A stretch of DNA of 49,724 nt from Thermoproteota archaeon (GCA_027491415.1 JAOZFH010000008.1:1-49724), one strand, 5' to 3'. Positions 18,066 through 27,453 are shown, counted from the first letter of the stretch. The notes: a model not told the origin generated them from the letters alone. Numbers and translations: made by a program.

Positions 18066-19682
18066 TTGAGGAAAAGCGGCCTCGTGTTGCTGATCCTGCT
18101 CTCGGCCCTCATGGCGGCGCCAAGCGGGACGGGTACTGCTAGTGAGGGATTAGCCAGGCTCCCGACAGGTGCGTGCACCCTATTCTGCCCAATATCCGGC
18201 TACGTCAAGGTGTGGTACGTCGACCTGAACTCGTCCCTTGCCGGGAGTCAGAGGATCGCGAGGGTGGGGGTTGGCGAAGAGTTTGAAGTTTACGTGGAGG
18301 TCTGGCTGAAGAAGACGTCTTCCGATGCTCCAATGGCGCTCATACTTGTTGGGTCGTGGTCCAATAAGTGGCCTCCTGTAAGGGGGGCCTACGTGAAGAT
18401 ATATGAGGGAATCCCCAGCTCCACGGGGTCGAAGTACAGGCTCAGGACGACCATGAGGGCGCCACAGACCCCCGGAAACTACAGCCTCTGGGTGATGTAT
18501 GTCCCGCCGCCGCGAGAGCCCGGCGTTGACCCGGTCGAGAACCTCTTCAAGATCTGGAGTGAGACCGAGAACCTCACGGGCAAGGCCCCCTGGGAGCTGC
18601 CGAACTGCGGTCCCCCCCACGCTCGAGTGGAGGTTGTTGCCAAGCCCAAGATCACCCTCACGAACTTCTGGGTGAGCAAGCGTCAAGTGTCGCCGGGAGA
18701 GACTGTGGAGTTTGGCGTCAGGGCAAACAATGTGGGTACCGCGGAGGGAACCTACGAGGTGGAGGCAAAGCTAGACGGCTCACACCTAGAGACGAAGACG
18801 GGCGTGCTGGCCCCCGGACAGAGCCGAGACCTGACGTGGAGGGTCAAGCTAAACCAGCCAGGGGACCACTGGATAGACGTCGGCGGCTCCTTCTCCGCCC
18901 AGATTCACGTGCTCGAGCCTGGGGAACTTAAGGTGAAGAACCTGAGGGCCAGCTCCTCTGAGCTGATGCCCGGGGATACGCTCAAAGTGTACGTTACCGT
19001 GGAGAACGATGGGGAAATGGAGAGAGACATCCAGCTCGCGCTGATCGTCGACGGAAAGGTTGTCGACAGCAAGACGGTCCTGATCGAACCGATGTCGTCA
19101 AAAGACGTGCAATTCGAAGTCACCCTGGAGAAGCCGGGAGTACACGAGGTGAAGGTCAGCAAGCTAGGTCCCCTGGAGGTTCGCGTCCTGTCTCCCGGCG
19201 AGTGCAGGCTGCTCGAAGTAGCCGTGGGCAACGGCACGGTCTTTCCCGGCGAGGTCGTTAACTTGACGGTCACGCTAAGCAATGTGGGTGATCTAGAGAC
19301 GACCTGTGTCGTGGAGGTTAGTGTGAACGGGACGGTAAAGACGTCAGAAGTCGTCCGCATCCCCGGCAAGGGCACGAAAAACGTCACCCTCTCCTTCCCC
19401 ACATGGGCCGCCGGGCTTTACTTCGTAGACGTCAACGGCACGGAATTGACGGTGGAGGCCATAAGTCCTCCGGACTCGGAGGGCGAAGCTGAAGGCGGAA
19501 GTGGGAGGTTGAGGGTCGCAGCGGGGGTCGCGTCGCTCGCAGCCGGTGGGGCGGTGGCTGCTTACGTTATGGTAGGGAGACTGAGGTCCTCCAAGTCAAG
19601 GCACGGCTTGGGCGCCAGGAAGACACGGAGACACAAGAAGAGAAGGCCCGTGGGAGCCAGGAGGAGGAGCGGTCTGCGATGA
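18066..19682 (+). CDS. Secreted/membrane-anchored protein with three CARDB-like Ig domains
   Basis: Signal peptide, then three repeats of V.PGE.V...V...N.G. C-terminal TM followed by a very basic tail. Start set at TTG after GGAGG. Confidence 0.75.
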   Translation: MRKSGLVLLILLSALMAAPSGTGTASEGLARLPTGACTLFCPISGYVKVWYVDLNSSLAGSQRIARVGVGEEFEVYVEVWLKKTSSDAPMALILVGSWSNKWPPVRGAYVKIYEGIPSSTGSKYRLRTTMRAPQTPGNYSLWVMYVPPPREPGVDPVENLFKIWSETENLTGKAPWELPNCGPPHARVEVVAKPKITLTNFWVSKRQVSPGETVEFGVRANNVGTAEGTYEVEAKLDGSHLETKTGVLAPGQSRDLTWRVKLNQPGDHWIDVGGSFSAQIHVLEPGELKVKNLRASSSELMPGDTLKVYVTVENDGEMERDIQLALIVDGKVVDSKTVLIEPMSSKDVQFEVTLEKPGVHEVKVSKLGPLEVRVLSPGECRLLEVAVGNGTVFPGEVVNLTVTLSNVGDLETTCVVEVSVNGTVKTSEVVRIPGKGTKNVTLSFPTWAAGLYFVDVNGTELTVEAISPPDSEGEAEGGSGRLRVAAGVASLAAGGAVAAYVMVGRLRSSKSRHGLGARKTRRHKKRRPVGARRRSGLR

Positions 19683-19707
19683 AGGTAGTCGCCGAATACG
19701 CCACCCT

Positions 19708-20229
19708 TTGTGTCCACTAGCGGGGCTTGCGTCGCATCTTTTTATCTATAGACCCCAGACGGGGCGTGAAGGTCCCACTGGTTCGAGGGGATCTCCCTTG
19801 GGCGCCAGCGATCGGGGCAAGACTGAGGGCGATAAGTTACGAAAGCTCGTCAGAACCCTCAGAAGAAAGAGTTCTAAGATCTCTCTAACGGTTGCTGAGG
19901 CAGGAATGATACAGAGGGCGATCAGGAGGGCTTCAAACAGGCTGCGCGGTAGAAAGGGCACGGTCGTAGTTGGGAGAAAGACCATAGCATTTGACGGGGA
20001 GCTGGCGTTCGTCTTTCCGGGCCATCCCAAGGTGAGCGCCTTCGTCGAGAGATTGTGGAAGAGAGGGTTCGTAGAACTCGTCAGCAGCAAGCCGAAGGTT
20101 TACGTCGGTCCAGGCGTTGTCGTTGCAGCCATCGTGCTGTTCAGAAACGAGATAGTGGCAAAAAGACGGTGGGCGGAGGGGGTAGATGACCTAGTCCTGT
20201 CTCTGCTCATTAAGGAGCTGGGGGAGTGA
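19708..20229 (+). CDS. Hypothetical basic protein
   Basis: Uninterrupted ORF abutting the next gene; no motif recognised. True start may be TTG 19798, downstream of TTTTTATC. Confidence 0.5.
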   Translation: MCPLAGLASHLFIYRPQTGREGPTGSRGSPLGASDRGKTEGDKLRKLVRTLRRKSSKISLTVAEAGMIQRAIRRASNRLRGRKGTVVVGRKTIAFDGELAFVFPGHPKVSAFVERLWKRGFVELVSSKPKVYVGPGVVVAAIVLFRNEIVAKRRWAEGVDDLVLSLLIKELGE

Positions 20230-20233
20230 TGTC

Positions 20234-20800
20234 TTGGAGGGTGTTCACGGGATTAAATCGCGAATGTGGGTTGGAAAACCTCCGACCGTCTACATAGGCG
20301 CCGATGACTTGGGAGACGACGCCGGAACCGGCGAGATATGCGTGGAAGGAGTCGAACACTTGAAATCCTTCTCCCCGACAGGAGTCAGGTTGTTTAGAGT
20401 GAAGCTGGCAGATCCCTCCCTAATCGGCAGGGGCCGTGAGAACATGGCGTGGGCCATTGAAGCCCGTGGAGATCCTTGGCTACTCCTGGAGGAGTTTGGA
20501 TCAATCGTGGCGGACAGAAGTGGGATGGATAGCAACCCGGGGCTGGCCCTCCTACTAGACTCCCCTCCCACCGACGCCCTGGTAGAGTTGGCGGAGAGGA
20601 TCCGCAGAGAACGGGTTGCCCTGGCAGAGGTTCACAGGGTAGCTGAAGCCTACGGCGTAGAGTTATGGGAACTGGGGGGCAGCGGCTTAGGGGTTATCGG
20701 GGCCTTTGCAGCCGCCGTCCTGAGTTCCGCGGGGGTCGCAGAGGAGGTCTCTGTTGAGGGTTTAAATCCGCAGAGGGGACATCGATACAGGCGCCAATGA
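20234..20800 (+). CDS. Stand-alone TiaS N-terminal-like (DUF1743/Mmp11-related) protein
   Basis: VYIGADD..GTG, SNPGLAL and LGGSGLGVIGAFAA resemble the IGIDDTD...GxGxIGALAA framework. No OB fold or Zn ribbon. Confidence 0.55.
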   Translation: MEGVHGIKSRMWVGKPPTVYIGADDLGDDAGTGEICVEGVEHLKSFSPTGVRLFRVKLADPSLIGRGRENMAWAIEARGDPWLLLEEFGSIVADRSGMDSNPGLALLLDSPPTDALVELAERIRRERVALAEVHRVAEAYGVELWELGGSGLGVIGAFAAAVLSSAGVAEEVSVEGLNPQRGHRYRRQ

Positions 20801-20851
20801 GGTTAATTCCTTCACCTGAGCGGTGAGGACTGATGGGCGGACCGAGGCGCC
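20790..20851 (+). ncRNA. Dual-guide C/D box sRNA predicted to 2'-O-methylate 16S rRNA
   Basis: GGCGCC terminal stem; C box ATGAGGT 20797-20803; 12-nt guide; D' CTGA 20816-20819; C' GTGAGGA 20823-20829; 12-nt guide; D CCGA 20842-20845. TTTAAAT lies upstream at 20761. Both guides are complementary to conserved SSU rRNA segments. Confidence 0.8.
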
Positions 20852-21078
20852 CAACTAATTTACTCTCCCGCGCGACGCCGGGTAAGAACTCACTGCGTTG
20901 ACAAACTCGCCGGCCAGCCTTACCTCTCAGCCTGCGAGACCCTCCCACGATGACATGAGGACGAGATGCGCCCTCCGCCAGCCGAAACACCCGAGTCGCG
21001 GGCGGCCTATCCGGCCGACTCCCACGCGGGGTACCTAAACCCTTTAATCGCTCTCCGCTCCCGCCGCGATGATACAAA

Positions 21079-22449
21079 GTGTGGAGCTTGTTAGAAATCC
21101 TCAGAACCAACCCGAGTTACCTCAAGGGAGACCTAGAACGGAGAGGGATGGACCCCACGGTGGTTGATGAAATCGTCGACTTAGACAGGAGATGGAGGGA
21201 GGCCAAGTTCAAGCTCGACGAGATGAGGAGGTATAGAAACGAGATCACCGCAAGGATAGCGAGGGCCCGGGGAGATGAAAAAGAAGGCCTCCTGAGGGAA
21301 GCCAAGCGGGCGGCCCAAGAGGTCAAGTTACTCGAAGCCGAGTACTCCAGGCTCACGAAGCTGAGGATGGAGGCTCTGTGGAGACTTCCGGCGGCCCCCC
21401 TCCACCCGGAGGTCCCGACGTGCCCCGAAGGGGAGGAGGGGATACCCATCAGGTTCTGGGGCAAGCCGATGGTCTGGGAGGGCCACCTCGAGCAATTCCG
21501 CAGGGAGACAGAGAGGTGGGGTTTCAGGGTGGACTACGAAATCATTGACTGGAAGCCGAAGGGCCACGCGGACGAGGCGGAGATGGTGCTAGGTCTGGGA
21601 GACACCAAGAGGGCGGCCAAGGTCTCGGGCGCCAGGTTCTACTACCTATACGAGGACCTGGTCTGGCTCGACATAGCCCTGATGCTCTTTGCGGTGGACA
21701 GGCTGACGGCCAAGGGCTTCCGCCTCGTCATCCCACCCTACATGATGAGGGGAGAGCTCTACAGGGGGGTGACACCCCTTGAGGACTTCATCGACGCGAT
21801 ATACAAGGTCGAGGGCGAGGACCTCTTCTTGATATCCACGTCCGAGCACCCGCTCGTCGCGCAGCACGCGAGGGAGGAGATACAGGACGCGAGCCTACCC
21901 CTCCTGTACGTCGGGGTGAGCCCCTGCTTCCGCAAGGAGGCGGGCGCCCACGGGAGAGACACGAAGGGAATATTCAGGGTGCATCAGTTCCACAAGGTGG
22001 AGCAGGTCGTCTTCAGCATGCCTGAGGAGAGCTGGGAGTGGCACGAGAGGCTCATTAAAAATGCGGAGGAACTCTGGCAGGCCCTCGAGATCCCGTATAG
22101 GATAGTCGACATATGCGCCACGGAGCTCGGCCCGCAGGCGGCCAGGAAGTTCGACCTAGAGGCCTGGATGCCTGCGCAGGGCAGGTACCGCGAGATGGTT
22201 AGCTGCAGCAACTGCCTAGACTGGCAGGCCTTCAGGCTGGGGATCAGGTACATAAGGGGTGACGGGACGAGAGGTTACCTCCACACCCTCAACAGCACGG
22301 CCATCGCCACGACCAGGGCAATCACCGCGATCTTGGAGAACTACCAGCGGCCTGACGGAGCCGTGGAGGTCCCAAGGGTCCTGAGACCGTATCTAGAACC
22401 GTTCAGTCGCGCTCCAAAGGAGTTGATCCTTCCAGCCTCCAAGAGGTAG
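21079..22449 (+). CDS. serS: Serine--tRNA ligase
   Basis: N-terminal coiled coil, LISTSEHPL, CFRKEAG..FRVHQFHKVEQ, EMVSCSNC and HTLNSTAIATTR. Confidence 0.96.
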   Translation: MWSLLEILRTNPSYLKGDLERRGMDPTVVDEIVDLDRRWREAKFKLDEMRRYRNEITARIARARGDEKEGLLREAKRAAQEVKLLEAEYSRLTKLRMEALWRLPAAPLHPEVPTCPEGEEGIPIRFWGKPMVWEGHLEQFRRETERWGFRVDYEIIDWKPKGHADEAEMVLGLGDTKRAAKVSGARFYYLYEDLVWLDIALMLFAVDRLTAKGFRLVIPPYMMRGELYRGVTPLEDFIDAIYKVEGEDLFLISTSEHPLVAQHAREEIQDASLPLLYVGVSPCFRKEAGAHGRDTKGIFRVHQFHKVEQVVFSMPEESWEWHERLIKNAEELWQALEIPYRIVDICATELGPQAARKFDLEAWMPAQGRYREMVSCSNCLDWQAFRLGIRYIRGDGTRGYLHTLNSTAIATTRAITAILENYQRPDGAVEVPRVLRPYLEPFSRAPKELILPASKR

Positions 22450-22516
22450 GACGGGTCCTCCCATCTCGATAACGCTCAATAAGATGAGGATATGTTCCTA
22501 GTGGGGAGGGTTCGAG

Positions 22517-22957
22517 CTGACCGAGATAACGCGCACAGGCGTGTCCATCCCGAGCGGACTCCTCAAGGAGCTCGATAGAATCGTCGAAGCGCTGGATGTG
22601 CCGAGCAGGTCAAAGGCCATAAGCGAGGCCATAGCCGAGTACATAGGCGACCGCGCCTGGTTGCTGGAGGGCGGCGAGGACTACGAGGTTGTGGGGTCGG
22701 TGACCATCCTGTACAGACACGAGGAGACCTCGGAGAGGATCATCGAGATCCAGCACAGGTTCATCGAGATAATCAGGTCGACCTCCCACGTACACCTAGA
22801 CGTAGGCAGGTGTCTAGAGGTCACAATAGTCGCTGGGCCCGTGTCGAAGGCGAGGGAGCTGGTGAAGACGCTCCACTCCATCAGGGGCGTAGAGGCTATA
22901 AGGGCGTCGGTCTTTCCCGTGGGGAGGGCAGGGGAGCATGGCCACCCCCACGGCTGA
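22517..22957 (+). CDS. nikR: Nickel-responsive regulator NikR (RHH plus Ni-binding domain)
   Basis: RTGVSIP..SRSKAISEAI RHH domain; IQH..SHVHL..CLEV Ni ligands. Start inferred at CTG 22517 (see findings); ORF track gives 22541. Confidence 0.82.
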   Translation: MTEITRTGVSIPSGLLKELDRIVEALDVPSRSKAISEAIAEYIGDRAWLLEGGEDYEVVGSVTILYRHEETSERIIEIQHRFIEIIRSTSHVHLDVGRCLEVTIVAGPVSKARELVKTLHSIRGVEAIRASVFPVGRAGEHGHPHG

Positions 22958-23816
22958 GAGAGAGAAGGCCAACGTGTGGTTCACGGACCATCACACGGAA
23001 AACCTCACTCTCTCGTTCAGGGTCAAGGGCTTCCTCTGGTCGGAGAAGAGCAAGTACCAGAGAATAGACGTGCTAGACACGTACGAGTACGGCCGAATAC
23101 TGGTGTTGGACGGCCTGATCCAGTTAACGGAGCGGGACGAGTTCATCTACCACGAGATGCTGGTCCATCCGGCGATGATGACCCACCCCAGACCCCGGAG
23201 CGTGTTGATCGTGGGGGGAGGAGACGGCGGGGCGGCGAGAGAGGTTCTGAAGCACCCCACCGTCCGCAAGGTGGTTCAGGCAGAGCTGGACGAGAGGGTG
23301 GTGGAGGTCTCTAAGAGGTTCTTCCCCCAGCTCGCGGCGTCCTACTCGGACCCTAGGCACGAACTCGTGATAGCGGACGGGTACGAGTTCATGGGCCAGA
23401 CAGAGGAGCGGTTCGATGTGGTCATCGTCGACAGCACCGATCCGGTCGGCGAGGCGAGAAAGCTCTTCACGGGGGACTTCTACTCCAAGGTCAAGGGCGT
23501 CTTGGCTCAGGGCGGCATAGCCGTCGCCCAGGCTGAGACCCCCTTCCTCTACCCGCAGGTCACCAAGGGACTCTACGACGTCTTCAAGTCCGTGTTCGGG
23601 CACGTTAAGCTCTACCTAGCCTTCACGCCCACCTACCAGAGCGGGATGTGGGGGTTCGTGATGGGCTCCGACTCCCCCCTCGAGGTCGACCGGGACCTCC
23701 TCGAGGAGCGGTATGCAGAGAGGGAATTGAGGGGGTCCCTGAAGTTCTACAACCCCGGGGTCCACCTGGGCCTCGCCGAGCTGCCGAACTTCCTGAGAGA
23801 CCTCGTCTCTCGCTAG
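22938..23816 (+). CDS. speE: Polyamine aminopropyltransferase (spermidine synthase)
   Basis: SKYQRI, LVLDGLIQLTERDEFIYHEML, VLIVGGGDGG and IVDSTDP. Confidence 0.94.
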   Translation: MATPTAEREKANVWFTDHHTENLTLSFRVKGFLWSEKSKYQRIDVLDTYEYGRILVLDGLIQLTERDEFIYHEMLVHPAMMTHPRPRSVLIVGGGDGGAAREVLKHPTVRKVVQAELDERVVEVSKRFFPQLAASYSDPRHELVIADGYEFMGQTEERFDVVIVDSTDPVGEARKLFTGDFYSKVKGVLAQGGIAVAQAETPFLYPQVTKGLYDVFKSVFGHVKLYLAFTPTYQSGMWGFVMGSDSPLEVDRDLLEERYAERELRGSLKFYNPGVHLGLAELPNFLRDLVSR

Positions 23817-25678
23817 CCCCCCTCTAGGTTCTTAGAAGTCCACTGCCGGAGGTAGTGAGGCAGGTCTTCGTGGTACACGACCGTGGCCGTCTCCCTAACG
23901 AAGTCTGGGAGGAGGGAGAAGTAGGCTGGCCTGGCGTAACGGCTGTCCCCGAGCACGAACACGCCTGGCTCGTCTTGAGACCTTATGACCCTGCCCAGAG
24001 CCTGGGAGGCCCTTCGGAGCGCGGGAACCACGTAGGCAAGGTACCTTCCTCTCTCCCTTCCGTGCTCCTTCTCTCTGAACTCGAGCAGGAGCCTGGTCCT
24101 GGTGTTCATTCGATCGAAGGGTATCCCAACCAAGTAGACTCCTACCAGCTCCCTCCCCGGGAAGTCAGCTCCCTCGCTGAACCTCCCGCCCATTGGGGCA
24201 AGCAGGACCGCGGGGCTCTCGGTCTCGGCGGCGCCCTTGAACTCCTCAAGCACCCTCCGGGCCTCGTCCCCGCTCATGTCCTCTCTCTCCACGAAGAGAG
24301 GTCTGCCGAGCCTCGCGCAGGCCTCCGAGACGCCGTCAATTATCTCGCCCTGAATCCTGTAGCTGGCGGTGAACACCGCGACGTTCCCCGGAACGTTCTC
24401 CAAGAAGTCTGAGACGGAATCCACGTAGGCTTCGGCCATGCCGGGCGGTAGCGACTCGCCCCTAGTGGTGAGGTCTCTGGTGATGAAGGACTCCACCCTC
24501 TCTGGATCTACCTCGGAGGGCACGTTGGCGGGGGCGCACGAGTCTAGGCCGACGGCCTCTGCGAAGGCGTCTACCGGGGCGAGGGTGCCGGACATGAATA
24601 TCCTGGCGTAAAACCTGGGCCAGATTTTGGAGAGAAACTCCCTGGCCCGCATGTCCCAGGCCTCGAACTCCAGGCGATCCCGCGCCCTCGAGACTATGAA
24701 GGCCACCCCTTCCACTCCTGCAAGCCTGAGGCACTTCTCGAGGAACTCTCCCAAGTGGTGCAGAGACGACCTGGGCGCCTTCCCTTCGGCGGCCCTCAAC
24801 CTCTGGACCTGGTTACCAAGCTTGATGATGCTGGCGACGTCCTCCTCCTCGAGCCCGCCCGCCGCCAGGAGGTCTAGGGGGTAGAAGACCCCGTCCTCAT
24901 CTATTTTCTGGCCCACTCTCCTCATCTCGAGCAGGATCGATCCGAGACTCTCGAGCAGGCCCTCCTCCTCGGGGAAGTACTCTCTAACCTCGTCGATCGC
25001 CCTCTCCACCGTGGTGGTGGTCACTTTCTCCGAGTTTATCGACATGGCGGCTCCCTCGATGTTGTGGGCCTCGTCCACCACGAGGATAGACTTGCTGAAG
25101 GGCATGATCCTCCTTATTGCCCAGCCAGCCGGTCCCAAGATGTAGTTGTAGCTTAGGGCCACCAGCGTGGCATCTCTCAGGGCCAAGAACTGCAGGTAGT
25201 ATGGGCACATCCTCCTTTCCGCCGACACCCTCATCAGCTCCGAGAATGTCAGCGGCCTGTCGGTCAGGCCCTCCAGTGGGCGAACCCTCCTGTAGTACAC
25301 GCACGTCTCCCTTTTCAGGCGACAGAGGTTTTCGACGGCCCTGTAGTCCCTGATCCCCCTCTCCCTCGCAAGCAGGCACATGTCCCTCTTGCCCCGGAGC
25401 GAGAGTCCGAAGGGCCCCTTACCCCAGCTCTTCCACACGGCCGTCAGCTCCTCTATTGGCCTGTCCGTCTCGTTTCCCGTCCTGACCGCCCAGATGATCC
25501 TCAGGTCGGAGCCCTCCACCTGGTCGAGAAGGGCCGCAAGGACCACCGGGGTCTTGCCGAACCCCGTCGGCGCCTGGATGCATATGTTGGCTCCCCTCCT
25601 CAGGTTGGCCGCTATGAACTCGATCAGTTCGACTTGGCGCTTTCTCGGCCTGTATGGAAAGTATTTGAGGCGGCTCAT
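23813..25678 (-). CDS. xpd: XPD/Rad3/DinG family Fe-S DNA helicase
   Basis: APTGFGKT Walker A, four-Cys Fe-S region, DEAHN, SGTL, SEGADF and QALGRVIRS. Confidence 0.9.
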   Translation of the reverse strand: MSRLKYFPYRPRKRQVELIEFIAANLRRGANICIQAPTGFGKTPVVLAALLDQVEGSDLRIIWAVRTGNETDRPIEELTAVWKSWGKGPFGLSLRGKRDMCLLARERGIRDYRAVENLCRLKRETCVYYRRVRPLEGLTDRPLTFSELMRVSAERRMCPYYLQFLALRDATLVALSYNYILGPAGWAIRRIMPFSKSILVVDEAHNIEGAAMSINSEKVTTTTVERAIDEVREYFPEEEGLLESLGSILLEMRRVGQKIDEDGVFYPLDLLAAGGLEEEDVASIIKLGNQVQRLRAAEGKAPRSSLHHLGEFLEKCLRLAGVEGVAFIVSRARDRLEFEAWDMRAREFLSKIWPRFYARIFMSGTLAPVDAFAEAVGLDSCAPANVPSEVDPERVESFITRDLTTRGESLPPGMAEAYVDSVSDFLENVPGNVAVFTASYRIQGEIIDGVSEACARLGRPLFVEREDMSGDEARRVLEEFKGAAETESPAVLLAPMGGRFSEGADFPGRELVGVYLVGIPFDRMNTRTRLLLEFREKEHGRERGRYLAYVVPALRRASQALGRVIRSQDEPGVFVLGDSRYARPAYFSLLPDFVRETATVVYHEDLPHYLRQWTSKNLEGG

Positions 25679-26910
25679 TGACCTCCACGTTCTCCCACGC
25701 GAGTTACGTGATAAATGGTGGGCGACCCAGAAAGGGAGACCAACCTTCTTCCCATAACTCTCCGGGTCTCAACCAGCCCAAGCTCCTCTAATATGTCGAC
25801 GTTCCTCTTGACGGTCTCGGTCGAGACGCCAAGCCTGTCCGCTAAGAGCCTTATGGGTTGGGGCCCCTCCCTCTCAAGGAGAACTAAGATGTTCCTCCGA
25901 GTTGAATTGCGCAAGGCCACGCGCACCGCGGCGTCCCTCCTCCTGCCCGGCAGAAAGTAGATCCGCTCCCCCAAGATCTCTTCCGACGTGATCAAACCGG
26001 CCCTTTCCATTACCCCCAAGTGATGCTTGAGCGTGCTGCGTGGGATCTGAAGCTGATCGCTGAGCTCGGACACGCTGGCGGCCCCCACATCGTCCAGGAG
26101 GGAGAGGAGTACTGCCCTGATAGGGTGGGATAAAACACCGGATTTGGGAACCCTCTTGACTCTCTGCGGCTGGTGAACCTGCCTCCGCCTGCTGAACGTT
26201 GCTCTCAGGGAGCCCAAGACTACAAGCCCAGCCAGCGAGACCGCGATGAATTCAGGTGGGATTGCGGCGCCTGAAGAAAGATGGTCAGTCAGGACTGCGA
26301 TCACCGTCAAGAGAGGGTCGGGCTCTTCTAGAGCCCACTCACTGAGGTTAGCCGACACCAATACGATCGGTGGGTCTTTCTCGATCAGCATGACCGCGGG
26401 AACTCCATCGTCATATGTGTACACCACCTCCACGCCTGCGGCAGAAACCATCCCCCTCTCAACCCCAGGGGGAATTGTCAGCGTCGGAAGTCCCTCGTCT
26501 TGCCTAAATGGTATGAGTTTCGCGCCCCCGTTGGTATCGTAGGTGCCCCTCAACTGGGCAGGGAGATTTGTAATCTTACCCATCATTTCGATGCCAACGA
26601 ATATTGGGCAGTTTAGGGAGGAAGGGGGGGTCCCGCCGACCAAAATCAGCGCGGCGTCTTGCCTCCCATGTCGAGGAGACCCGGCGTCCAAGACTACTAC
26701 TCCAGAAGTCCCGTTTGCAGAGGCGAGACTCTCCAGTACCTCGTCAGCCGCATATACCCAGACGAGCAATTTGCCCTCAGCGCCGGACGAGGCGGCGGTT
26801 TCTGGGATATACGCCAACAGGAAGAGAGTGAGGCTTGTTAGTACAAGCAGCTGGACCCTCCATCGCTGAATTCTGGGAGGAGGCTTCATTCGCTTTTCAG
26901 ATTTGCCCAT
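25675..26910 (-). CDS. Membrane-anchored transcriptional regulator: signal peptide, extracellular domain, TM, two tandem ArsR-like wHTH
   Basis: N-terminal hydrophobic signal; TM FIAVSLAGLVVLGSL; then HPIRAVLL..SELS..RSTLKHHLGVMERAGLI and NSTRRNIL..LADRLGVSTETVKRNVDILEELGLV. Start may be ATG 26889. Confidence 0.75.
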   Translation of the reverse strand: MGKSEKRMKPPPRIQRWRVQLLVLTSLTLFLLAYIPETAASSGAEGKLLVWVYAADEVLESLASANGTSGVVVLDAGSPRHGRQDAALILVGGTPPSSLNCPIFVGIEMMGKITNLPAQLRGTYDTNGGAKLIPFRQDEGLPTLTIPPGVERGMVSAAGVEVVYTYDDGVPAVMLIEKDPPIVLVSANLSEWALEEPDPLLTVIAVLTDHLSSGAAIPPEFIAVSLAGLVVLGSLRATFSRRRQVHQPQRVKRVPKSGVLSHPIRAVLLSLLDDVGAASVSELSDQLQIPRSTLKHHLGVMERAGLITSEEILGERIYFLPGRRRDAAVRVALRNSTRRNILVLLEREGPQPIRLLADRLGVSTETVKRNVDILEELGLVETRRVMGRRLVSLSGSPTIYHVTRVGERGGQ

Positions 26911-26922
26911 GGAGGATCTTTG

Positions 26923-26935
26923 TTATACCTTTTTT
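26923..26935 (-). promoter_or_regulatory. BRE/TATA promoter element for the double-wHTH regulator/xpd unit
   Basis: AAAAAAGGTATAA on the minus strand just upstream of the start. Confidence 0.55.
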
Positions 26936-27000
26936 GGTGCCGCAGGCCGCTAGGATTGCGCTGAGGAGATCTAGTTCTATGCAAAAGGTTAGCCCTCCGA

Positions 27001-27453
27001 TTATTCCCAAGTCAGCCCCCGGATTCTCACGTATCCCGACCTCTCCAGCCGCAGCAAAGCTGAGGTTATAGCAAAGGGAGTAACCCCCCACTCCCCCGCC
27101 AGTTCAGCTGGTCTGAGGGCTCCTCGTTCGGCCAAGTAGGCGAGGAGCCTTTTTTCTAGATCTGACAAGCCAGCGGAGTCGACTGCCTCCGGCAGAACCT
27201 CGGCCATTAGGCGGTACCTCGACGGCATGGGGGGGAGTACCTCCGAGTGGTAGTACGAGAGAGAGGTGAGCACACCGGCCAGCACGGCCAGAGAAGCCGC
27301 CAGCGCTTCCTGCCTGGGAGTTAGAATTGGGGACAGGACCGTTATTACGAGGAGTGACACTACTGTTATTGCCAGACCGAGCTCGACGGCGGCCATCGTC
27401 CTCCTTCTCTTTCTCCTATCCAGGGCCTCTTCTAGCCCGATAACGGCGCTCAC
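27001..27453 (-). CDS. Two-TM membrane protein with C-terminal wHTH
   Basis: Two hydrophobic helices, then LSDLEKRLLAYL..PAELAGEWGVTPFAITSALLRLERSGYV. GTGA overlap with the giant gene. Confidence 0.72.
   Translation of the reverse strand: MSAVIGLEEALDRRKRRRTMAAVELGLAITVVSLLVITVLSPILTPRQEALAASLAVLAGVLTSLSYYHSEVLPPMPSRYRLMAEVLPEAVDSAGLSDLEKRLLAYLAERGALRPAELAGEWGVTPFAITSALLRLERSGYVRIRGLTWE

Noticed and set aside
20950-20994. Second C/D sRNA (ATGAGGA...CCGA)
   Set aside because: Box spacing is wrong, there is no C'/D' pair or terminal stem, and no recognisable rRNA complement.
22484-22520. ATGAGGA...CTGA as a C/D sRNA upstream of nikR
   Set aside because: Only 26 nt between the boxes and no internal boxes; better explained as the nikR SD and start region.
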